Of a stretch of 64,000 bases of DNA, positions 51,401 through 63,014 are shown piece after piece. Source of the stretch: Eledone cirrhosa (taxonomy: Eukaryota); contig OZ024759.1 of the NCBI GenBank assembly GCA_964016885.1, positions 11,036,001-11,100,000 on the forward strand, given 5' to 3'. Position 1 is the stretch's first letter. Each line of letters begins with the position of its first letter. The notes beneath the pieces were generated by a model. That model did not search any database and was not told the DNA's origin. It worked only from the letters and a program-made list of their open reading frames with translations. Made by a program: the position numbers and the translations under genes.

Positions 51401-51585
51401 TCTAATGAAAGACACTGTCTATGTCATTAATTCTTTCATTACCATATTTCTAATGAAAGACACTATGACATTAACCCTTTCATTACCATATTTCTAATGA
51501 AAGACACTGTCTATGTCATTAACCCTTTCATTACCATGTCTCTAATGAAAGACACTGTCTATGTCATTAACCCTTTCATTATCAT
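48480..51585. repeat. 44-48 bp minisatellite (about 65 copies) with higher-order structure
   Basis: Unit ttaaccctttcattaccatatttctaatgaaagacactgtctatgtca. A deletion variant recurs at 48861 and 49841. Confidence 0.96.
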
Positions 51586-51802
51586 AGGTTAACTTTGCCT
51601 TTCATCCTTTCAGGGTTGATAAAATAAAGTACCAGTAATACACTGGGTAATTGCTGGCCTTGTGCCAAAAGTAGAAACAATTATCATATTTCTAACGAAA
51701 GACACTGTCTCTTTATCTCTCTCTCATTCTCTTTATCTCTGACTGCCTATCTCTCTTCTCTCTCCCACTATCTCACTCACACCCTTTTGTTCCCTCACTC
51801 AC

Positions 51803-51848
<46 letters not shown>

Positions 51849-52472
51849 CCAAACTCTTCTCTCTCTCTCTTTCTCCCCCTTCCAAACTCTTCTCTCTCTC
51901 TCTTTCTCCCCCTTTCCTTCTATCTCACTCTCACTATCTCCCTCTTTCACTCTCTACTTCTCTCCCTATCTCACCATCTCTCCCCACCCCAACCATTTTC
52001 GTAATAATTATATATATCATCATCATCATTATTTAATGTCCTTTTTCCATGCTAGCAAGGGTTAGACGGGTCACATTTGAGGTAAGTTGGGTCAGGTGAC
52101 TGTGTCTTGCTCATATTCTGGCTAGGTTTCTATGGCTGGATGCCCTTCCTAATGCAAACCACATTTACAGTGTGTACTGGGTACTTTTTGATGCACACCT
52201 ACACAACCACACTTTTTGTCGCACACTGACACTACTCTGGGATTTTACATAACATTACCTATTGAGTACGCTGAGATGTAACCGGTACTAGCAGTGAAAC
52301 CCAAGCTAGTCTCGTCAACTTATTATTTATTATTTTTCATCAGTTGCTCTTATCGATTATATAATCGATAATTATCATCTGTATGTGTAGAATGTTGATA
52401 TGATTTCTGAAACAATTGTAAACCATTAAATATATTTGTTAAAGAATTTGGTATTGTTTTCTCTAACATTTA

Positions 52473-52531
<59 letters not shown>

Positions 52532-52738
52532 ATGTGTGTGAGTGCGTGAGTGTCTATATATGTATGTGTGTGTGTATATATATATATACATTATATATAA
52601 GGGTACCCTGTTATATATATATGTATATATGATTACATGTTCATATGTGTGTATATATGTACATATATATACACACACAATCACACTCACATATGTACAT
52701 ACATGCACATATACATGCATGTATGCACATGTATATAC

Positions 52739-52784
<46 letters not shown>

Positions 52785-52788
<4 letters not shown>

Positions 52789-53560
52789 CAATATGTTGAA
52801 AGGGTAACACACTAGAGGGAGAGAAAGAGAGTGTGCCATCAATAAAACAGGGGAGCCACCAGTGCATGGAATGTATAACCTATGGAAGGCAGGGTAGACA
52901 CAATAATTAAAAATATAAATTAAAATGTATATACACACCTCTATAACTATATAACACACGCGTACAAATCCAAAGAGATCTGTTTCGCCAGGAAGTTGTT
53001 GACTGAAATGGAATAGCCCATGGTTCATCAGCGCATGTAAGACTATACATTCCAGACAACTCTAAGAGAATCTAAAGCAACCGTCCAGCTACACGTGGCA
53101 GAGAGATGTCACAGCGTGCTTAGGGCAGTGAACCAGTGGTATCTGAGGGACGAGCTGCTAGAAAGGGCAGCCCCAAAACCACTCAAAGAAGTGTGCTCAA
53201 CCAAACAGATAGAGAGGAAAGACTGTTATAAGGAGCGGAATATCCTGATAAATTAACGGAGCCATAGACCCTCGTTATTCCCTGTCAATAATGTGCTCAA
53301 AGGAAAAGGAATCCTGAGCTCTTTAAAATACAATATGTTGAAAGGGTAACACACTAGAGAGAGATAGTTGGCGAAACAGATCTCTTTGGATTTGTACGTG
53401 TGTGTTATATAGTTATAGAGGTGCGTATATACATTTTAATTTATATGTTTAATTATTGTGTGTCTACCCTGCCTTCCATAGGTTATGGACTCCATACACT
53501 AGTGGCTCCCCTGTTTTATTGATGGTGCACTATCTCTCTCTAGTGTGTTACCTTTTCAAC
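52785..53560. mobile_element. Penelope-like terminal structure: inverted arms of about 195 bp (52795-52990 / 53369-53560) plus a short direct repeat
   Basis: Arms are reverse complements, aatacaatatgttgaaagggtaacacactagag occurs at 52785 and 53327, (TA)n is adjacent and a hammerhead lies inside. Confidence 0.7.
52956..53038 (-). ncRNA. Type I hammerhead ribozyme motif
   Basis: ACAUGCG-CUGAUGA-a-ccaugg...ccugg-c-GAA-ACAGAUC-ucuuug-GAUUUGU-A-CGCGUGU: 7 bp stem I, 7 bp stem III, GUA site. The first stem II pair is an A-C mismatch. Confidence 0.75.
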
Positions 53561-53850
53561 TCAGAGCTGTATGGGAGCCTCCCAAAAGTCAGCTCGAAAG
53601 TGACACAGAGGAGACTGAGGTTAGCTGGACATGCTCACCGACATCCAGAGTTGACATTGCACTCAGTGCTCCTGTGGGAGCCCCTGCATGGACACACTGG
53701 AAGAGGAAGACCAAGGTTAATGTATGTTGATGCCCTAAGGACAGACACTGGTCTGTTGGAGACGCAGGACATGGCAGCGATAATGAGGGACAGAGACCGC
53801 TGGAGAGAACTCGTCCATGGATCTCGGGAATTTTACCCGCCCTAGATAGA
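53561..53850 (+). mobile_element. RTE/RTE-X-type LINE 3' fragment (short second copy at 29531-29605, minus)
   Basis: ELYGSLPKVS...RRLRLAGH...LLWEP.HG...RGRP...YVD.L..DTG. Confidence 0.78.
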
Positions 53851-54627
53851 TATATGCACGTATGTACATGAAAGTGTGGGCATGTATATTTGCATATATA
53901 TATCATTAAATACATAAACCAATGGGTGGATGCTTGCATGCTGCTTAATCAGCTAGAAATAGCAGCCAGCTTGCCCTCAAATTACACCCAAATGACTTAA
54001 AGAAGGATACACAGGTTCAACAATGCAGCCCTTTGATATACTCAGCCTGAGGATGGATTGCCATGGCTGGAGTGTTATTGAATGTGCGTCTATTTGATTA
54101 AATGGGGGGTGGGGAAGGTTTTGACTTGTAGTTAAACCCCAACTGACCCATCAACATATGCTGGCCCCTTGTAGACAGCACATAAGGTTCATGGGTGTCA
54201 ACAGTAATATCCCAATATGCTGTTCACCGACCCGCTAGTGTGTGTGTGGGGGGTTATAAGAGGGGTGGGAGTGCGGGTTTGAGAAGATAGTAGTATTAAG
54301 ATCCCCTGAGCTTTTTTGAATAAACACACCATCGGAAACTCTGGTGAGTTGGTGGGAGCAAGGTTGAGGGGTTGATGGAAAAAATAATTAATTTCAATAA
54401 ACAGGGTCCTTGTCACTGGTTGATTAAGATATGTGGAGGGTGTGTGAAAGGTAGGGTCACTGACTGACAGGGCTGTTGCCTGTGGCCCCTCCCCCCACAA
54501 TATTTAACACATCTTATTTCACTTTATTAATGAAGAATTTTGAGGGATTTACTAAAATTATTAATTATTTCATTGCTGAGATTAACAGGGTTCTTATATA
54601 AAATTATGAGGAAAGTTTTATATTTAA

Positions 54628-56026
54628 TCTAGCAGCAAGGAAACGTGAAATAGCCATACACATGTGTAAAGATTGAGGAATGTAGCTGTGTACTTTTTGA
54701 ATTCCCTTATTCTCAGGGAATGATTGTTCATCTACTGGAAACGTAGAACACCAGCAGGCCTGAATCGTGAAACATCTGCATGCATGTGCGAAATCTGAAG
54801 AAAATCAGCTGGATACTCTTTAAGCGTACTAAATCTTAGAGTATGATTTTTCTTCCATTTGGAGAACATCCGTTAGGTACTTTTCGAGTTTTATAGATCC
54901 GCACCCAGTCATCCGGACAGACATCTTCAGTTATGTCTATTGCACCTGCATGCTGCATACTGTACAGAGTAAAGCCTGCAATGCTTGAGTAAGACATGTC
55001 ATGCAACCGCACAGCATGTTGGGCCTTCCCCCCAGGAGACCATAGCCTCTTCGTAAATTTACCCAGTCTGACATAGGCCGAACTGTTATATCGGGTGCCG
55101 AATGCTTCGGAGTTACTATTGGTGTCACCATCAACAATCTCAAGTGGGGGCCCTAAAAAGGGCCTTGTGTGCGTTCACATGTAGCCCTTAAAAGGATTTT
55201 GTATGCGTTCGCTGGCAGCCCTTAAAAGGAATTTGGTTGTTTTCCCTGACAGCCAATAGAATGGCTCTGTATGCGTTCAGGATTTGTTCATATGCCTTAA
55301 ATTGTCACGCCAATTGTCAACCAATGGACGGGTTTCCTCTCTGGAGGTGTTCACCTTAAACCAACGGAAACAAACGTTTTTGCTAAGAAACAGAAGTAAA
55401 AGTAAACCAGGCTTGTTAAAGAAGTGGCGATAACGTACCCCCCTCCTTGCTGTTGCGCTTATAACACTGTTATATCGCATGCTGAATGTTTTGGAGTTAA
55501 CATTGGGGTTGCCGTCAACAATTTCAAGTGGAGGCCCTAAAAAGGGCCATATGTGCATTCAATTGTAGCGCTTAAAAGTCATGCTTAAAATTAAGTAAGT
55601 GTCATGTCCACTGTTAAATAAACCAAATTTTTAACGAAATATTATACACTACTTATGATGTTTAAGTAGTGTTTATATTGGAAATGAAAATGGCATGTAA
55701 TGCCCAATGTTAATTCGAAAATTTCCTAGAAACCATTAATGAAATTGATCCACAGCAAAGCAAGGGGACTAACTAATATGTGCTGCAAATTTCGAGGAAA
55801 TCGGCTGGATTATCTTTAAGTTACGTCTCTAAAAATGCCTAAAAAATGCGGTTTTTCACCTAATGTGGGCCCTAGGGCAGAAAAAGTAAGATTTTTTTTA
55901 GCTGATTGCACTTCAAAAAATATAAGTAACGCATGTGTGAAGTTTGAAAAAATCAGTTGGGTACTTTTCGAGTTTTAGGGATTTACACAGACAGACATAC
56001 AGAATCCTCTGTTTTATATATATGGA
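54628..56026. mobile_element. Helitron/Helentron-like non-autonomous element nested in another repeat
   Basis: Begins ctagc and ends ...cagacagacatacag...ttttatatatatggat. The flanks (54535-54627, 56027-56105) resemble the repeat at 3760-4460. The classification is an inference. Confidence 0.45.
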
Positions 56027-56219
56027 TAAGAACCTTTTAAAATAGGTGCTTTTGTTTTATAGAATCTGAGCTAGATTTCTTTGGGTTGGTATCGAAAGGA
56101 TTAAAGGCCCCAAATTAATGTTTTTTGTTACAATAAATAAAACACAAACATCTTGATGATATTTGCAGCGAGGAACCCCATGCAAGTTTAATCCACCCCA
56201 GCTTGAAAATAGACAAATT

Positions 56220-57270
56220 ACTGTAAAGTGGTTGTTTTGGTGTCATGATAAAAAGTACCCAGTCCACACTGTAAAATGGCTGTTTTGGTGTCATGATAAA
56301 AAGTACCCAGTCCACACTGTAAAATGGTTGTTTTGGTGTCATGATAAAAAGTACCCAGTCCACACTGTAAAATGGTTGTTTTGGTGTCACGATAAAAAGT
56401 ACCCAGTCCACACTGTAAAGTGGTTGTTTTGGTGTCATGGTAAAAAGTACCCAGTCCACACTGTAAAGTGGTTGTTTTGGTGTCATGATAAAAAGTACCC
56501 AGTCCACACTGTAAAATGGTTGTTTTGGTGTCATGATAAAAAGTACCCAGTCCACACTGTAAAATGGTTGTTTTGGTGTCACGATAAAAAGTACCCAGTC
56601 TACACTGTAAAGTGGTTGTTTTGGTGTCACGATAAAAAGTACCCAGTCCACACTGTAAAGTGGTTGTTTTGGTGTCACGATAAAAAGTACCCAGTCCACA
56701 CTGTAAAGTGGTTGTTTTGGTGTCACGATAAAAAGTACCCAGTCCACACTGTAAAGTGGTTGTTTTGGTGTCACGATAAAAAGTACCCAGTCCACACTGT
56801 AAAGTGGTTGTTTTGGTGTCACGATAAAAAGTACCCAGTCCACACTGTAAAATGGTTGTTTTGGTGTCATGATAAAATGTACCCAGTCTACACTGTAAAA
56901 TGGTTGTTTTGGTGTCACGATAAAAAGTACCCAGTCCACACTGTAAAATGGTTGTTTTGGTGTCATGATAAAAAGTAGAGTGGTTGTGTACATGACACGA
57001 TAAAAAGCACCCAGTACACACTGTAAAATGGTTGTTTTGGTGTCATGATAAAAAGTAGAGTGGTTGTGTACATGACACGATAAAAAGCACCCAGTACACA
57101 CTGTAAAATGGTTGGCATTAGGAAGGGCATCTAACTGCAGAAACCAAAGCAGAAACAGTTCTGTATAAGCAAGACAAGGTCACCTGATCTGACTTGTCTC
57201 ACAATGGGACAACTTGTCTAACCCATACGAGTATGGAAAAATAGATGTTAAACGGTGGTGATGATGATGA
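56220..57270 (+). mobile_element. SINE family B 3' part with a 48 bp array of about 18 copies
   Basis: Unit aaaaagtacccagtccacactgtaaagtggttgttttggtgtcacgat, then ggcattaggaagggcatc and the tail. Confidence 0.9.
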
Positions 57271-57772
57271 ATGAATACAGACCTAGGATTAATTATAAGT
57301 TGTCTGCTAGAAATAAATCAAACAGAATTATTTTATCTAGGAAGATAATTAAACAAAACAAACATTCCATCAACCTTAATTACAAATTGTGTTTAATTAC
57401 ATTTGTTAAAAAACCTCAAAATAATTGGTCACATCCTGCCAAGTAACAGCTAATATAATAATAGTGTTTAATTTAGGCACAAGGACAGCAATATTAGAAA
57501 AAATAGTGAGAGGAGTCAATTATATTGACCTCAGTACATGACTGGTACTTTATTTTATCAACTCTGCCCCCTTCCTGGAAGGACGATAGGCAAAGTTGAC
57601 CTCTGTGGGATTTGAACTCAGAACGTAAAGGGTTGTAACTATATGCCACAAAGCATGTTGTCTGACACTCTGCCGATAATGTCACTCCACTGCCCACATG
57701 ATTCCAACGATAGTACACTCTGGGTGGGTTGGCCACGGATGTCTTTTGATCGTATATCTATATTGTCTAGGA

Positions 57773-58031
57773 CAGGCATGGGTAACCTTTTTCGAGAAGT
57801 GGGCCCCAAGCGCTAATTTACATTTGTGCCCATATGAAAAAAAAATGGCGGTAACTCAGGTTGCTTTGATTTGTTTCTTCAGAATTCCTACATGTTGTTT
57901 TCCTCGATTGAAAAATGATAGAAAGATAAAATATGACTGAAAAGTTGGGGTAAAAAAATGAGAAAGATTTCACTTAGGTGACTTAGGGAGCCATTCAGAA
58001 AGCTTTATGGGCCTCAGGTTGCCCACGGCTG
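57773..58031. mobile_element. hAT (Charlie-like) MITE with perfect 8 bp target-site duplication
   Basis: Terminal inverted repeats CAGGCATGGGTAACC / GGTTGCCCACGGCTG, with GTCTAGGA on both sides. Confidence 0.85.
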
Positions 58032-58059
58032 GTCTAGGACCTGTTTAGCAACAACAAAT

Positions 58060-58600
58060 AATTGTTTCTACTTTTGGCACAAGGCCAGCAATTATCCAGT
58101 AGATTACTGGTACTTTATTTTATCGACCCCGTAAGGATGAAAGGCAAAGTTAACCTCGGTGGGATTTGAACTCAGAACATAAAGGGTCTTAACTCTATGC
58201 TGTGAAGCAGGGTGTCATATTGTTAAACACTATATAAAATTGTTTCTACTTTTGGCACAAGGCCAGCAATAACCCAGTAGATTACTGGTACTTTATTTAA
58301 TCGACCCTGTAAGTATGAAAGGCAAAGTAAACCTCGACGGGATTTGAACTCAGAACATAAAGGGTCTTAACTCTATGCTGTGAAGCAGGGTGTCATATTG
58401 TTAAACACTATATAAAATTGTTTCTACTTTTGGCACAAGGCCAGCAATAACCCAGTAGATTACTGGTACTTTATTTTATCGACCCCGTAAGGATGAAAGG
58501 CAAAGTTAACCTCGGCAGGATTTGAACTCAGAATGGCAAGGGCTGTAACTCTATGCGTCAAAGCATGGCGTCCGACCCTCTACTGATACTGCCAATCAAC
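58060..58600 (-). mobile_element. Three tandem SINE family A copies (about 178 bp unit including the linker)
   Basis: The linker tgtgaagcagggtgtcatattgttaaacactatataaa occurs twice, indicating tandem duplication. Confidence 0.85.
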
Positions 58601-58965
58601 AAATAATAAATGTTTCTGATTTATGCACAAGGTCAACGATTTTGGGAGAAGGAAAACTCAATTAAATCAACCCCAGTCTGTTACTTGTACTATATTTTAT
58701 CAACCCCCTATTAAGGGTGAAAAGCAGGATTTGCACTCAGGGTCACCAGCAACGGCCGTAGCAATTTATTTGTGCCCTCAGCTGGGCTTTTTAGTTTTAG
58801 GATGGTTAAAATACCTGTATGTATAACTTTTCAATTCCTATTACTTGTGCCAAGCTAACTTTGATATGTAAAATTGGGGAGTTTGCTGTGTATTCTAATA
58901 TTTGTGTATGAGGGGCTCCCCAAACCTGAAGTGCTCCGGGCCTCCCTAGATCTAAATCCAACTTT

Positions 58966-59588
58966 GCTTGAGCAAGACACCTTATTTCATATTGCTCCAG
59001 TCCACTGAGACCTTGAGCAAGACATTTTATTTCACATTGCTCCAGTCCACTGTGTCCTTGAGCAAGACATTTTATTTCACATTGCTCCAGTCCACTGTGT
59101 CCTTGAGCAAGACACTTTATTTCACATTGCTCCAGTCCACTGTGTCCTTGAGCAAGACATTTTATTTCACATTGCTCCAGTCCACTGTGTCCTTGAGCAA
59201 GACACTTTATTTCACATTGCTCCAGTCCACTGTGTCCTTGAGCAAGACACTTTATTTCACATTGCTCCAGTCCACTGTGTCCTTGAGCAAGACACTTTAT
59301 TTCACATTGCTCCAGTCCACTGTGTCCTTGAGCAAGACATTTTATTTCACATTGCTCCAGTCCACTGTGTCCTTGAGCAAGACATTTTATTTCACATTGC
59401 TCCAGTCCACTGTGTCCTTGAGCAAGACATTTTATTTCACATTGCTCCAGTCCACTGTGTACTTGAGCAAGACACCTTATTTCATATTGCTCCAGTACAC
59501 TGTGACCTTGAGCAAGACACTTTATTTCATGTTGCTCCAGTCCACTGTATCCTTGAGCAAGACACCTTATTTCACATTGCTCCAGTCA
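58966..59588 (+). repeat. 45 bp CORE-like-domain minisatellite (about 14 copies)
   Basis: ccttgagcaagacactttatttcacattgctccagtccactgtgt. Confidence 0.93.
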
Positions 59589-59589
59589 C

Positions 59590-61431
59590 TAAAATACAAA
59601 TTTAGGAAAGCCCTTCAAGATGTGTATGACGAAAAAGAAGATGATTTAGAGTCGTATGACATAGATAATAACTGGAATTTCTTACGTGACAACTTACTGC
59701 AGGCTACTGATGAAACTTGTGACTGGAGCAGAGCTCCAACCAGGCAGAGAGTGACCTGGTGGTGGAACAGCACAGTAGATAGGGCCATTAGAGACAAAAG
59801 ACTAGCATGGAAGGCTTGGAAAAAGGGTGGGAGTAGAGAAGGATACACAGCCGCTAAGAGAGAAGCTAGATGTCACGTGTACTTAGCACGCAGGGAGGCT
59901 GAGAGTAGGAGGTTTGCCAATGTTCTGGACGGGAAGATCAGAGGCGTGCGGTGTTCCACATTGCAAGGCAGTGTGTCAATGCAAATCAGGATGTTGTTGG
60001 AGATAAACGTGTCCGGAATGATGCCGGTGTACTTAGTGTCACGAATGATCAGAAAAAGGAGGCCTGGAAATGTCATTATGAGAGACTGATGAATGTGGAG
60101 AACGAATGGGAGAGAGAGAAATTACCCTCAGTAGATCCGACAGAGGGACCAGCTATTGAGATTGACGAATATAGGGTCCAAGAGGCGATTAAGGAAATGA
60201 AAAATGGTAAGGCTGCTGGACTATTGGGGATAGTTGCTGAGATGCTGAAGGCATCAGGGGACGTAGGCACTTAACTGGTTGCACGCATCATCAATCAGGC
60301 TACATATGGTGGTGTCATACCCAAAGACTGGTGCAGCAGTATTCTCATAAATTGCTACAAAGGTAAAGGGGATGCTCTGGCGAGGAGCAATTATAGGGGT
60401 ATAAAACTGATGGATCAGGTTATGAAAGTGGCAGAAAGGATATTAGCACAACTAATTAGAGAAAGGGTCAAACTAGATGAGATGCAGTTTGGTTTTGTGC
60501 TTGGGAAGTACAACAGATGCCCTCTTCTTGGTGAGACAATTGCAAGAGAGGTTCTTAGAGAAGAATAAGCCACTATACTTAGCCTTTGTTGACCTAGAGA
60601 AGGCCTTTGATAGGGTACCCCGATCTGTCATCTGGTGGTCCCTATGGAAACTAGGTGTAGAGGAATGGCTTGTGAGGAATGTTAGTGGGATAGCAGGCAA
60701 ACTAACAGGTAGGGAGAAATACGTATGCAGTAGATGTACAGGGAAATTAGACAGTAGAAGTTGCATTGATAGACACATTTTTCAAAGGCAGGCGGGTGCT
60801 ATAGAAGTGGTGGATAGCTTCCGGTACCTAGGAGATCAGATTAGCATGGGAGGGGGTGATCCGAGGTCATAGTATCTAGAATAAGTATGGGTTGGAAGAA
60901 GTTTAGGGAGCTGCTTCTTCTGCTGACGAAGAAGGGTTTCTCCCTGCGTACGAAAGGCCAGTTATATGATGCCTGTGTGAGGAGCGCGATACTGCATGGT
61001 AGTGAGACATGGGCAGCAACTGCAGAGGATATGCGACGACTGGAGTGAAATGAGGCAAGCATGTTCTGTTGGATGTGCAATGTCAATGTGCGTGAACGAC
61101 CAAGCATGAATGTGTTGAGAGAGAAACTGTGTCTGAGAGGGATAGAATGTAGTGTGCGAGAGAGGAGACTGCGGTGGTATGGACATGTGATGCGCATGGA
61201 GGATGACCGATGGGTGAAGAAGTGCCAGGAAATGCCAGTTGAAGCAAGACGTGGTAGAGGTAGACCACGAAAAATATGGGTGGAGGTGGTGAGAACAGAC
61301 CTCAGATCGCTGAAGCTCACGGTGGAGATGACAAAGGACTGTGACAAGTGGAGAGATGCTGTGCTGAATAAGACCCGTCCCACCCTTGCAAGCAGGGAAA
61401 AGCGGACGTAAAATGATGATGATGATGATGA
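59590..61431 (+). mobile_element. RTE LINE, 5'-truncated and internally deleted, with frameshifts and stops
   Basis: [60 protein letters not shown] and a (GAT)n tail. Confidence 0.95.
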
Positions 61432-61681
61432 TACATATATATGTATATATATATATATAGGAAAGGAACGATCGACTTTCGTCAAATCGGACCGAGGGAA
61501 CAATGTTTCCATTGGTCTTTCCAATTGCTAATACTATCTAGCGGTCGCACCTCCAGGTAGAAGGAGCAACGTGAAATAAAGTGTCTTGCTCAAGGACATA
61601 ACGCATCGCCTGGTCCAGGAATCGAACTCACAACCTTACGATTGCGAATCCAATTCTCTAACCACTCAGCCACACGCCTTC

Positions 61682-61740
<59 letters not shown>

Positions 61741-61808
61741 AATGAATGAAGTAATTCCATCGGAAAAGTCCAGGAAAAAAGAGTGCTCTATGTAGGTAAC
61801 AGAGCTTA

Positions 61809-61931
61809 ATAGTTATGTAATAAACAACATAAGGCAATTATTCCATTTACCAGTGGTTTCTTAAAAGCAAAAGATTTTGCTTTTAAGAAACCACTGGTAA
61901 TTGGAATAATTGCCTTATGTTGTTTATTACA

Positions 61932-61938
<7 letters not shown>
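61809..61938. repeat. Near-perfect palindrome of about 130 bp with a hammerhead-like 3' half
   Basis: Mirrored around 61873. Arms read GAAACCACTGGTA. (TA)n tracts lie on both sides. Confidence 0.85.
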
Positions 61939-61988
<50 letters not shown>

Positions 61989-62110
61989 GAATAATCGAGT
62001 ATCGAAAAATCGGCGCACGAGTTCACGATAAACAAAATTCGATATGAGCGGCAGAGGGCTCAATAATTTAGATAAATCAGAGCTATAACTATCGTTAAAA
62101 TACCGTCATA

Positions 62111-62394
<284 letters not shown>

Positions 62395-62468
62395 TATATA
62401 TATATATATACGTCTAACCCATGCTAGCGTTGAAGAACGGACGTAAAACGGTGATGATGATGATGAGA

Positions 62469-62530
<62 letters not shown>

Positions 62531-62759
62531 GTGTACATATAAAATAAATATATTTATATAAAAACCAAATACTTCCTCATAAAATCTCAGCTCTTTGAAG
62601 AGAAGGTGGGGCAGAGGTTAATATTGGGTCTCATAGTGATTGAAGTCAATGAAGCGTGTGTGTGTGTGTGTGTATGTGTGTCTATGTGTGTCCAATAGAT
62701 TTTAGTGTCACACAGAAGGCGTGTGTGTGTATATAACAGATTGAACGGTCACACAGAAG

Positions 62760-62791
<32 letters not shown>

Positions 62792-63014
62792 CTATGTGTG
62801 TCCAATAGATTTTAGTGTCACACAGAAGGCGTGTGTGTGTATATAACAGATTGAACGGTCACACAGAAGGTGTGTGTGTGTGTGTGTTTAATAGATTTTA
62901 GTGTCACACACAATGTAGCAGCTGGGACTGAACACCAACAACAACAACAGCAGCAGCAGCAGCAGCAGCAGCCTTTTACACATGTTATTGTTGATGTTTA
63001 GTTCTCACCTATGA

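Noticed and set aside
37478-51585. CRISPR-like appearance of the 47-48 bp arrays
   Set aside because: Units are head-to-tail with no unique spacers, there are no cas genes and the context is eukaryotic.
59590-61431. Active RTE reverse transcriptase gene
   Set aside because: Several frameshifts and stops, a deletion of the RT core near 60680 and no endonuclease domain.
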